From assembly GCA_963662615.2 (NCBI GenBank), contig CAXXSR010000001.1, positions 1,888,001 through 1,952,000 of the forward strand: 64,000 nucleotides of DNA. Reading direction: 5' to 3'. Positions within the stretch are counted from its first letter, which is position 1; every line of letters starts with the position of its first letter. Below the pieces are notes generated by a model that was given only the letters and a program-made list of their open reading frames with translations, had not been told where the DNA came from and did not search any database. Positions 1 through 8,541 of the stretch are shown in pieces. The position numbers and the translations under genes were made by a program. The stretch is from Dehalococcoidia bacterium (GTDB lineage Bacteria > Chloroflexota > Dehalococcoidia > Bin125).

Positions 1-442
1 GGATGCGCCGCGCCTGCAGCGGTGAAAAGGCGAAGATCGGAAACTGCACATCAGGATCGGAGTCCAGATCGTTGGGGTTCCGATGGTGAGCGTTATGCTT
101 GCTCACCCACCAGCTCGCGCTCACCCCCAGCAACAGATTGCCGATCCCCAGGTTGAGGACCTCGTTCATCCGCGCCCCGCGTCCCACCTGCCGATGCCCG
201 GCGTCATGGCCCAGGAACCCCAGCTGCGTGGACACGAAGGCGAAAAAGGCCGCGTTGATGATCTGCACCCACCACTGATCCACCATCACGACAATCGCCA
301 CGCCGGTCGCCGCCAAGGCCAAGGTGGAGACGAATTTAAACGCGTAATAGCGCGGCTGCGACTCCAGCAAGCCGCGCTCGCGGACAGCCTCGCGCAAGGC
401 AGCGAAGTCCGGAATCGCTGCCGCCGCCGTCGCTGATGTCAT
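1..442 (-). CDS. Membrane fatty acid (acyl-CoA) desaturase, 5' part; runs off the window
   Basis: Not in the ORF track. Manual translation from ATG at 442: MTSATAAAAIPDFAALREAVRERGLL...GFLGHDAGHRQ...WWVSKHNAHHRNPN...DPD, with His boxes HDAGH and HNAHH and TM segments. Confidence 0.9.
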   Translation of the reverse strand, partial: MTSATAAAAIPDFAALREAVRERGLLESQPRYYAFKFVSTLALAATGVAIVVMVDQWWVQIINAAFFAFVSTQLGFLGHDAGHRQVGRGARMNEVLNLGIGNLLLGVSASWWVSKHNAHHRNPNDLDSDPDVQFPIFAFSPLQARRI

Positions 443-454
443 GCGGCGCCCCCT

Positions 455-595
455 CCGCTCACCCTGACCCTGCCTGTCCTGACCAGTCCTTCCGTCCTCG
501 GAAGGAGCTTGCCGAAGGGCCCCAGGGTCCTGCCCAGCCTACCTGTCCTGACCGGCCCTTGCCTTCCTGGGAAGGAGCCTGCCGAAGGGCCCGTC
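455..595 (+). repeat. Composite REP-like repeat island (nested CCTGAGC..GAAGG units)
   Basis: Two cctgtcctga[cc..ccttcc..ggaagga]gc(t/c)tgccgaaggg units. Confidence 0.85.
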
Positions 596-1105
596 CGGAT
601 CTCAGCGCAACGGTCCCAGGACCAACGGCATCAACCACCGGCCACCCCGTCCGCCCAGGGCGGACGGGTGGGACCAAAGACAAGGAGTGGCGGGAGGCGG
701 CGCCGGGTCCCCACTCGCTCTTCGCCCACCGCATGCCGCTCTTCTTCCCCGCCTCGGCGACCGCCTTCACGGTCGGTTCGGAGCCGGACCTGGCCGGGGC
801 CCTCCCGATTCTTCGGAGAACGGTACGCGGTGGACTGGGTACGCTCAACGGCGCGGCCCGCCATCGACGCCATCCATCCCCTCGCGGCGGGAGCCCCGAC
901 GTTGGCGCCGCCACGGTCGCGAATAATCACCTGGGAGTTGGTCGAAATGGCCTCAACTCGGAACGCCCTGGGCGCATTACCGTCCGGCACATCGCTCCGA
1001 ATGGGCGCCCAGATCGACGCCCAGATTCACGCCCAGATGGACCCGATGCCACCCAGTTCATCGCTCCGCTCCGGCCTGGATACGCCCCTGACCCCGTCTC
1101 GATCG

Positions 1106-1470
1106 CGCCCCGCCCCCGTTCGTCCTGACCTGTCCTTCCCTTCGCGGAAGGAGCCTGCCGCAGGTCCTTCTGCGACCGCAGGGAGCCGAAGGATCGAAGG
1201 GCGAACCGTGAACGGCGCCCCGCCCCCGTTCGTCCTGACCTGTCCTTCCCTTCGCGGAAGGAGCCTGCCGCAGGTCCTTCTGCGACCGCAGGGAGCCGAA
1301 GGATCGAAGGGCGAACCGTGAACGGCGCCCCGCCCCCGTTCGTCCTGAGCTTGCCGAAGGACGACCCCCCGCGAACCCCGGCCCGTTCGTCCTGACCTGT
1401 CCTTCCCTTTGCGGAAGGAGCCTGCCGCAGGTCCTTCTGCGACCGCAGGGATCCGAAGGATCGAAGGGTC
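1106..1470 (+). repeat. Tandem 110-bp composite repeat units plus related copies
   Basis: cgcccccgttcgtcctga recurs at 1111, 1221 and 1331 (period 110). The third copy lacks the inserts, and a fourth related copy follows at about 1382-1470. Confidence 0.95.
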
Positions 1471-1561
1471 GATGGGCCAAGGACCAGCGGGGAGCCTATC
1501 GGGGGCCACGCCAGGAACGGGCGCGATCACGCGGACGCGCGCCGCCGGGACCACTGTCGTG

Positions 1562-1605
1562 AAAATGAAGAAGACCGGCCTGCATTGGCTCCCGCCAGGC
1601 CGGTC
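1562..1605 (-). terminator. Probable intrinsic terminator of the RRM gene
   Basis: 10-bp stem gaccggcctg/caggccggtc followed on the minus strand by ttcttcatttt. Confidence 0.6.
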
Positions 1606-1663
1606 CCTACCTCAGGTCTGTTGGGCTGCGCTCAGAGGACCGCAGCCCGCCGGACGTTCCATC

Positions 1664-1975
1664 CTACCAGCGACGACCGCCGCCGCCACCACCGCCCCCA
1701 CCGCCACCGCCACCGCCACCACCACGGTCCTCCCGCGGTCGTGCCTCATTTACCCGCAGGGCACGCCCCTGCATCTCGTGTCCGTTTAACCCATCAATCG
1801 CCTTGGTGGCGTCACCGGGCTGCATCTCAACGAAGCCGAAGCCCCGCGGTCGACCGGTGTCCCGGTCTGTTGGGAGCGCGCACGAAAGCACTTCGCCGTA
1901 TGCCGCAAATAGCGCCCGCACCTCTTCATCCGTGGCGGTGAAGGGTAAATTGCCTACGTAAATCTTCTGAACCAA
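1664..1975 (-). CDS. RRM RNA-binding protein with Gly-rich tail (Rbp-like)
   Basis: RNP2 KIYVGNLPF, RNP1 RGFGFVEM, LRVNEARPR, poly-Gly tail. Start taken as TTG at 1975 (ORF track gives 1993). Confidence 0.95.
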   Translation of the reverse strand: MVQKIYVGNLPFTATDEEVRALFAAYGEVLSCALPTDRDTGRPRGFGFVEMQPGDATKAIDGLNGHEMQGRALRVNEARPREDRGGGGGGGGGGGGGGGGRRW

Positions 1976-2179
1976 CTTCTGACTCTCTCTCACCGGCTCG
2001 CACCGGCGCCTCTAGCTGCGAGAATCGCAGCTCCATACTGGTACCGCAGAGTCGGCTGCGAGTCGTGCGGGAGAAGACGGCCGCGGTCGAGCCTGGGGCT
2101 GCGCTCATGGCTGAGCGTGCTCTCAGGGTAGCACGATGGCAACCGCCCACGCTCCACGGCCGGTCGCGGACCGCCATCA

Positions 2180-2655
2180 TCCGTTCGTCCTGACCTGTCC
2201 TTCCCACCTGGGAAGGCACCTGTCAAAGGGTCGAGGGACGAACGCGACATCGCCTAGACCATGAACCCTCGGCGCGAGCGGCCACGAACGTCGCGCTCCT
2301 TCGCACCCGCTGCGAGCGCGCGTGGAAAAAACCGTTCGTCCTGACCTGTCCTTCCCTCTTGGGAAGGAGCCCGTCGAAGTACGAACCCCCTTCTCCACTC
2401 CCTCATCCCCCTCTCCATCGCTCGCCCATCGAGAGGGGGTCAGGGGGTGAGGTGCCCAACCCGCTCACCCTGAACTTGCCTGTCCTGAGCCTGCCGAAGG
2501 GTCGAAGGGTCACCCTGACCTGTCCTTCCCTCCTGGGAAGGAGCCTGTCGAAGGACGAACGCCGACATCGCCCGGAGCATGAACCCTCGGCGCGAGCGGC
2601 CACCAACGTCGCGCTCCTTCACACCCGCCGCGAGCGCGCGTGGAAAAAAACCGCG
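2180..2655 (+). repeat. Composite repeat island (A units, two ~95-bp B spacers, one C hairpin)
   Basis: gttcgtcctga..gaaggacgaac units, B copies at about 2243-2333 and 2560-2652, and ccccctctccatcg..gagagggg..gggggtgagg at about 2404-2452. Confidence 0.9.
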
Positions 2656-2768
2656 CTCCCCGCGGATGCGCCCTCTACCTCCGCGCCGTATCATGCCATC
2701 GCTTCATCAGCAGCAGCTTCACCGGCAGCTGCTGCATCAGCAGCAAAGTTCCGGAAGGGTGTGAGGCC

Positions 2769-3968
2769 ATGGCGAGCAACAGAGGCGTTGCCTACATCAA
2801 GCCTGGTGTCGTGGAGGTCCGCGACATCGACGAGCCGGCGCTGACGCTCGGCGATCGCACCTGTGAGCACGGCGTGATCCTCAAGGTCATCTCCACCAAC
2901 ATCTGTGGATCGGATCAGCATATGGTTCGGGGACGGACCACCGCCCCCGAAGGGCTGATCCTGGGACACGAGATCACCGGCGAAGTGATCCAGCGCGGCC
3001 GCGACGTGGAGTTCATCAACGTCGGCGATCTCGTCTCCGTGCCTTTCAACATCGCCTGCGGTCGCTGCCGCAACTGCAAAGAACGGCTGACGGGCGTCTG
3101 CCTCAACGTCAACCCCGCCCGCCCCGGCGCCGCCTACGGCTACGTCGACATGGGCGGCTGGATCGGTGGGCAGGCCAACTACGTCATGGTCCCCTACGCG
3201 GACTTCAACCTGCTCAAGCTGCCGCCCAAAGACGAGACCATGGCCAAGATCCTGGATCTGACCTTGCTGTCGGACATCCTCCCAACCGGATTCCACGGCG
3301 CTTACAAGGCGGGCGTCGGTCCCGGCTCTACCGTCTACGTCGCCGGCGCCGGTCCCGTCGGCCTCGCCTGTGCGGCGTCCTGCCAGCTCATGGGCGCGGC
3401 CGTCGTCATCGTCGGCGATCTGATCGACGAGCGCTTGGCCCAGGCCCGCAGCTTCGGCTGCGCCACCGTCGACCTCAAGCAACCTGCCACCCTCGCCGAA
3501 CAGATCGATCAGATCCTCGGCCTGCCCGAAGTCGACTCCGCCGTCGACTGCGTCGGCTTCGAAGCGCGCGGGCACGGCGCCCAGGCCCAGGAAGAGCACC
3601 CCGCCACCGTCCTCAACTCCCTCATGGAAGTCACCCGCGCCGGCGGCGGCGTCGGCATCCCCGGCCTCTACGTCACCGGGGACCCGGGCGCCGCCACCGA
3701 GGCCGCCAGGGAAGGGCGGCTCGTCATCCGCATCGGCCTGGGCTGGGCCAGGAGCCATTCCTTCTACACCGGACAGTGCCCCGTCATGAGCTGCAACCGC
3801 CAGCTCATGCAGGCCATCCTCCACGACAGGATCCAGATCGCGAAGGCGGTCAACGCCACCGTCATCTCGCTGGACGCAGCGCCCGCCGGCTATCAAGACT
3901 TCGACCGCGGCGCCGCCAAAAAATACGTCCTCGACCCCCACGGCGACGTGGCCAAAGCGGTCGCCTAA
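2769..3968 (+). CDS. fdhA: Glutathione-independent formaldehyde dehydrogenase
   Basis: MASNRGVAY.., TNICGSDQHMVRGRT, GHEITGE, CGRCRNC Zn site, LSDILPTGFHGA, GAGPVG, FDRGAAKKYVLDPHG. Confidence 0.93.
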   Translation: MASNRGVAYIKPGVVEVRDIDEPALTLGDRTCEHGVILKVISTNICGSDQHMVRGRTTAPEGLILGHEITGEVIQRGRDVEFINVGDLVSVPFNIACGRCRNCKERLTGVCLNVNPARPGAAYGYVDMGGWIGGQANYVMVPYADFNLLKLPPKDETMAKILDLTLLSDILPTGFHGAYKAGVGPGSTVYVAGAGPVGLACAASCQLMGAAVVIVGDLIDERLAQARSFGCATVDLKQPATLAEQIDQILGLPEVDSAVDCVGFEARGHGAQAQEEHPATVLNSLMEVTRAGGGVGIPGLYVTGDPGAATEAAREGRLVIRIGLGWARSHSFYTGQCPVMSCNRQLMQAILHDRIQIAKAVNATVISLDAAPAGYQDFDRGAAKKYVLDPHGDVAKAVA

Positions 3969-3982
3969 ACACGCGCCTGCAT

Positions 3983-4068
3983 CCGCTCACCCTGAGCCCG
4001 CCGAAGGGCGAGGCTTCCTCCTCCCCCTCTCCATCGCTCACCGATGGAGAGGGGGAGGGGGGTGAGGT
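3983..4068 (+). repeat. A unit plus C hairpin between convergent genes
   Basis: ccgctcaccctgagcccgccgaaggg then ccccctctccatcgctcaccgatggagaggggg..gggggtgagg. Confidence 0.85.
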
Positions 4069-4125
4069 GCACAAACCACTCGCCCTGCCACTCTTCGCAG
4101 CGTCACTCTTCGGAGGGCTGCCGCC

Positions 4126-5130
4126 TCACACCTTGGCCAACTTGATGTAGCGACCCCCAATCAGCCACTCCGACACATAGAGGTTCCCCTCGGCGTCCGC
4201 CGCCAGCGCGTGCGGGCCGTTGAACTTCCCCGGCCTCAGCCGATTCGTGCGCATGGGAACGCCGTCCCCATCCAGCATGTTCGGCCACCCTGGCTCGTCG
4301 CCCACTTCGTGATTGTCGCCCAGGTACATGACCAGCTTGTCGTCCAAGTCCAGCACCGCCAGCCGGGCGTGCAGCTCCGCCACCACCAGATGCTCGCCGA
4401 CGCGCGCGAAGGCCGTGGGGCTGATCAGGAAATCCGAACCGAAGCTGCGCTTGTAACGGCCCTCCAGGTCGTAGACCTGGATGCGCGCGTTCGATCGATC
4501 GGCGATGTACAACTCCGGCTCCGCCTTCCGCGTGTCGATCCAGATCGCGTGGGGGCAAGCGAACGCGCCCGCCTTACCCTCGTCGCCGTTGATGCTGGCG
4601 ACGTACTCGCCACCCTTTGTGAACCGATGAATGTGGTTCTGCCCGTAGCCGTCGGTGACCCACACGTCATCGTCGCCCCCGTCCCCCGACGCATACACCG
4701 CCACCTGCGTCGGCGAATACGTGCCCGGCTTGTAGATCGGCAGCTCCGGCAGCACCAGCTCCATCTCGGTCGTCCCATCCAGCGCCGTCTTGATCACATG
4801 GCCGGCCTTCGGGCCCCAGTTGAAGTCGTACCCCTGATCGGGGTCCCGCTTGCGTCCAATGTCCGCAACCCACAGGCACTCCTTGGATCCGTCGCTGCAG
4901 ATCGTGATCCCGTGCGCCTCGCGGATCGGCAGATCCCAGCGCCGCAGCAGCGCACCGTCCCTACTCAGCTCCAGCACCGTGGGATTGGCGGGATGGAACG
5001 TCACCAGGGTCCCGCTCGCGGTCAGCGCCATGCCGTGGTGCGCCCAACCCCGCTTCGCCGCCTCTCGATCCGGGATCTCGGCGAAATCCTCAATCCATTC
5101 GTAGGTGAACTCTCCGCTGCCAATTCGCAT
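4126..5130 (-). CDS. NHL-repeat beta-propeller protein (peptidylglycine monooxygenase lyase-like)
   Basis: HGITI, VTDGYG, FACPHAIWID, IADRSNARIQVYDLEG, FNGPHALAAD, VSEW motifs. Confidence 0.85.
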   Translation of the reverse strand: MRIGSGEFTYEWIEDFAEIPDREAAKRGWAHHGMALTASGTLVTFHPANPTVLELSRDGALLRRWDLPIREAHGITICSDGSKECLWVADIGRKRDPDQGYDFNWGPKAGHVIKTALDGTTEMELVLPELPIYKPGTYSPTQVAVYASGDGGDDDVWVTDGYGQNHIHRFTKGGEYVASINGDEGKAGAFACPHAIWIDTRKAEPELYIADRSNARIQVYDLEGRYKRSFGSDFLISPTAFARVGEHLVVAELHARLAVLDLDDKLVMYLGDNHEVGDEPGWPNMLDGDGVPMRTNRLRPGKFNGPHALAADAEGNLYVSEWLIGGRYIKLAKV

Positions 5131-5267
5131 CGCTCCATCCTTCCAGCCAATGCAGCGCCATGTCTCGGCGCACCCGGATCAATGAGGGCCACAACCGCCA
5201 TCACCGCCCCATGAAAGCGCCACCGGCCCATGAAACCACCGCCCCATGAAACCACAGCGGCGGCCAT

Positions 5268-6146
5268 TCATCGACGGCCGGCCAGCCGCAGGCCTTCCTC
5301 CAGCGCTGACGTGTCGCGCACCGGCGGCGCCATGATGATCCGGAAGCCCTGCTCCAGTCGCATCGCCACATCATCCACTGTCGCGCCCACGGCACACGGA
5401 ACATCAAACTCCTGGCATGCGGCCAGGATCTGCAGCAGGCTCGCTTGCACCTCGGGATGTCGCGAGTCGCCGCGAAAGCCCATCTCCACCGACAGGTCGC
5501 CCGGCCCGGCCCAGATCGCGCCAATGCCCCGGACCTCTCGCAAAATCTCGCGAAGATTGCGGATCCCCTCCGGATCTTCCACGATTCCCATCAGCAGCAC
5601 GTTGCCATCGGGATCCAGCGGCCACAGGTCCGCGGCGTCGTAGTACTCCTGCGTCGTCAGCCCCCAGTACCGATGCGCGCTGCGCGACCACCACCCGCGC
5701 TGGCCCGCCGGCTCAAAGTCCGCCACCCCGGGGACCTGCGGATACCGCGCCGCCACCGCCGCCGCGCGCGCATCCTCCACCGTGCTCACGTGGGGCACCA
5801 CCAGCCCGTACGCGCCGGCGTCCAACGTCTGCTTGATGATCCACTGGTTCTGCTCCCGAGCGTTCGGGGGCACTCGCACCATCGGGATCACGTCCGGCTG
5901 CACGCTCCCCTTCTCCGCGATCCGCTTCCGATTCAGCAGGTACTGGAGCGAGACGCGAAGCGTGGGGAAGCTCAGCCCTTCATGCTCCATCTCAATGATC
6001 GCCATGTCATAGCGGGACTCCGCCAGCAACATCAGCTCGTCCAGGTCGCCGTTCCGGACGATCTCGGAGCTGAACACCGGCTTGCCCTGCTCCAGCAGCT
6101 CGATCACCTTGTTGTAGCGAATCTTGCCGGGCATCGTCTTCACCAT
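5268..6146 (-). CDS. HpcH/HpaI aldolase family protein
   Basis: IEMEH, PMVRVP, IKQTLDAGAYGLVVPHV, GIVED, AGPGDLS. Start could be 6134-6206. Confidence 0.88.
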   Translation of the reverse strand: MVKTMPGKIRYNKVIELLEQGKPVFSSEIVRNGDLDELMLLAESRYDMAIIEMEHEGLSFPTLRVSLQYLLNRKRIAEKGSVQPDVIPMVRVPPNAREQNQWIIKQTLDAGAYGLVVPHVSTVEDARAAAVAARYPQVPGVADFEPAGQRGWWSRSAHRYWGLTTQEYYDAADLWPLDPDGNVLLMGIVEDPEGIRNLREILREVRGIGAIWAGPGDLSVEMGFRGDSRHPEVQASLLQILAACQEFDVPCAVGATVDDVAMRLEQGFRIIMAPPVRDTSALEEGLRLAGRR

Positions 6147-6508
6147 CCGTCTCGGCGCACGGGCGTCCCCCACCTCGCGACGGTCCCTGTCCGCCTCCGT
6201 CCCCATGGCGGCCGGCGACGGCGCCGTAGTCCCCCGCGATCATGGGGAAGGACCGTGGGGAGGCTAGCCTCCACGCTGCCGCTATGCCAATCGCAGCCGC
6301 AGCCACAGCAACCACAGCCGCAGCCACTACCTCCTGGCCTACCTGCGATAGCCGCTGACTTGCACCCGATCACCAAGCGCCGAGATCGCCATCGCGACGC
6401 GGGGGAGTTCGCGGCATCAAGCGCCCATTGAGTCAGGGCGAAGCCCGACCTATACTCCCGCCCTCGCCACATCCGGACAGAGAAAGCCAGCAGAGAAAGG
6501 AATGGGTC

Positions 6509-7450
6509 ATGGTCCAAGCGACCCCCACCTTCACCACAGCCGACTTGGACGCCATGGCGCAGCAAGTCTCGAACTGGGGCCGCTGGGGCGCCGACGACGA
6601 GCGCGGCGCCCTCAACCTCATCACTGACGCCAAGCGCGCCGCCGCCGCCGCCCTCGTCACTGAGGGCGTGGCCGTGAGCTGCGCCCTCCCCCTCGCCGTG
6701 ACGCCCGCGCCGGATAATCCGACCCCGGTGGCGCACCTCATGGTCAAGACCGGCGACGCGACCGAACACGCCGCCATTCCCGGCCTCTTGTCAACGGGCG
6801 ACTACTTCGCCATGGCGCCCCACGGCATTGCCAATACCCACCTGGACGCGCTCTGTCATATCGTCGTTGCCGGCAAGATCTACAACGGCTTCGACGTCGC
6901 AGAGGTGCGCAGCAACGGCGCCCACCGCAACAGCATCATGGCCGCCAAGGACGGCATCGTCAGCCGCGGCGTGCTCCTCGACATCCCCGGCCTCCGCGGC
7001 GTCGACTGGCTCGAGCCGAGCGAGCGCATCGCCCGTGGCGAGCTGGAGGCCGCCGAGGATCGCCAGGGCGTGCGCGTGGAGGCCGGCGACGTCCTCCTCA
7101 TCGCGACCGGGCGCGACGCCCGCCGCGACGCGCATGGCCACTGGGGCATGCTCGACGGCATGGCCGGCCTCGGCGCCGACTGCATCCCCTGGCTGCGCGA
7201 GCGCGACGTCGCCGTCTTAGGCTGCGACGGCGTCTCCGACGCCGTCCTCAACGACACCGAGGGCTGGCCCATGCCCGTCCATCAGATCGTCATCCCCTAC
7301 CTCGGCGTCCACCTGATCGACAACCTGCAGCTGGGCCGGCTCTCGGCGGCCTGCCGCGAGCGCAACCGCTGGGCGTTCCTGTTCACACTCGCGCCCTTGC
7401 GTCTGGAGCGGGGCACCGCCTCGCCCGTCAATCCCATCGCAATGTTTTAG
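6509..7450 (+). CDS. Cyclase family (kynurenine formamidase-like) metallohydrolase
   Basis: NWGRWGADDERGALN, HGIANTHLDALCH, GIVSRGVLLDIP, GDVLLIATG, GTASPVNPIA. Confidence 0.9.
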   Translation: MVQATPTFTTADLDAMAQQVSNWGRWGADDERGALNLITDAKRAAAAALVTEGVAVSCALPLAVTPAPDNPTPVAHLMVKTGDATEHAAIPGLLSTGDYFAMAPHGIANTHLDALCHIVVAGKIYNGFDVAEVRSNGAHRNSIMAAKDGIVSRGVLLDIPGLRGVDWLEPSERIARGELEAAEDRQGVRVEAGDVLLIATGRDARRDAHGHWGMLDGMAGLGADCIPWLRERDVAVLGCDGVSDAVLNDTEGWPMPVHQIVIPYLGVHLIDNLQLGRLSAACRERNRWAFLFTLAPLRLERGTASPVNPIAMF

Positions 7451-7461
7451 AAGCGCCCCCA

Positions 7462-7755
7462 ACCCGCTCACCCTGACCAGTCCTTCCCTCCTAGGAAGGA
7501 GCCTATCGAAGGGCGCACCTTCCGTTCGTCCTGAGCTTGCCGAAGGACGAACCCTCCCGCCACTTCCTCCTCCCCCTCTCCATCGCCCACCGATGGAGAG
7601 GGGGCTAGGGGGTGAGGTTCCCTGTCCGTCCTGAGCTTGCCCAAGGGTCGAAGGACGAACGCCGCCGACATCGCCCCAAGCGTCAACCCTCAGCGCGAGC
7701 CGCCACCAACGCCGCGCGACCCCGCATGACCCGCGAGCGCGCGTCAAAAAAAGGC
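7462..7755 (+). repeat. Composite repeat island (A, C and B modules)
   Basis: A units at about 7463, 7523 and 7621, C hairpin at about 7567-7617, B spacer at about 7660-7753. Confidence 0.9.
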
Positions 7756-7781
7756 GCCACGCATTCCGACGATTCGCCGCG

Positions 7782-8357
7782 TCAGGATCCCCGCCGACGG
7801 ACCACCGACCGGAACGTCCCTCCCCGCTTGCTGGCTGTGCCGTCCATCGCCTGGCGCATCCGCTTCAGTCCCCGCTGCTGCAGCGCCCGCACCGCCTGTT
7901 CCGACTTCCCCATCTGGCGGGCGACTTGCGCGTGCGAGAGCTGCTCAAAGTAGCGAAGGACCAGCACCTGCCGCTGCGTCTCCGGCAGCACCAGCAGCGC
8001 GCTGCGGAGACGCTCGGCATCGATCTTGCCTTCCAGCAAGGCAACGGGGTTCCCGTACCTGCTCCCCTCGGCCCGCTCAGGAACGTCCGCCAGCGGCGCC
8101 ACCGGCCGCCGTCTCAACTCGCGCACGACTTGGTGATGCGCAATGCGAAAAAGCCACGCGTCGAACCGTCCCACCTGCCGCAGCTGGCGCAGGTCCCTCC
8201 ACGCAAGCAGGAACGTCTCCGCCACCACGTCCTGCGAGCGATCGACGTCCCGCAAGATCGAGCCAACGTAGCGCGACACGGCCCCTGCGCGCGCGCGGTA
8301 GAGCGCCGCGAACGCTTCGCGGTCGCCTCCCTTCGCACGGGCGACCAACTCTTCCAC
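7782..8357 (-). CDS. ECF RNA polymerase sigma-70 factor
   Basis: GDREAFAALY, DVVAETFLLAW, FDAWLFRIAH (region 2); LPETQRQVLVLRYFEQLSHAQVARQMGKSEQAVRALQQRGL (region 4). Confidence 0.93.
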   Translation of the reverse strand: MEELVARAKGGDREAFAALYRARAGAVSRYVGSILRDVDRSQDVVAETFLLAWRDLRQLRQVGRFDAWLFRIAHHQVVRELRRRPVAPLADVPERAEGSRYGNPVALLEGKIDAERLRSALLVLPETQRQVLVLRYFEQLSHAQVARQMGKSEQAVRALQQRGLKRMRQAMDGTASKRGGTFRSVVRRRGS

Positions 8358-8485
8358 TGGACTTTCGTGCCCTGCCTTTACGCCGCCTTCGTTGCCAGTG
8401 GCGCTAGCGTGCCTTCTCGTTTCGGTTCGATCCGGTGACGACGCTCTCCTCCCCGAAGCCGCCGCACGACCGTCCGCTCAACCGT

Positions 8486-8517
8486 AACAAGACGGACGGG
8501 GCCCTTGGGCCCCGCCC
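8486..8517 (-). terminator. Possible terminator after the surface-protein gene
   Basis: Stem gggcggggccc/gggccccgtcc followed by gtcttgtt on the minus strand, 25 nt after the stop. Confidence 0.45.
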
Positions 8518-8541
8518 CTCGATCGCTAATCGATAGCCGCG

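Noticed and set aside
730-860. FMN riboswitch-like wording on the minus strand
   Set aside because: Conserved GGGTGAAATTCCC and GTCTGGATG cores are absent.
1106-1470. CRISPR array
   Set aside because: Intervening sequences are identical rather than unique spacers, units are nested composites, and no cas genes are present.
436-1554. ORF-track proteins spanning the repeat islands (e.g. 436-1128, 509-1321, 1027-1554)
   Set aside because: Translations of repeats (LSLSKG/PELVEG/RQAQD patterns) with no domain signal.
6290-6330. Cys-rich GCGCGCCGCGC peptide or Ala-rich ORF 6007-6327
   Set aside because: Low-complexity triplet run; no suitable start for the Cys frame, and the SD spacing for the Ala frame is only 2 nt.
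6509-7450. Cyclase as kynurenine formamidase partner of the IDO
   Set aside because: More than 50 kb apart and the family is functionally broad; no evidence of linkage.
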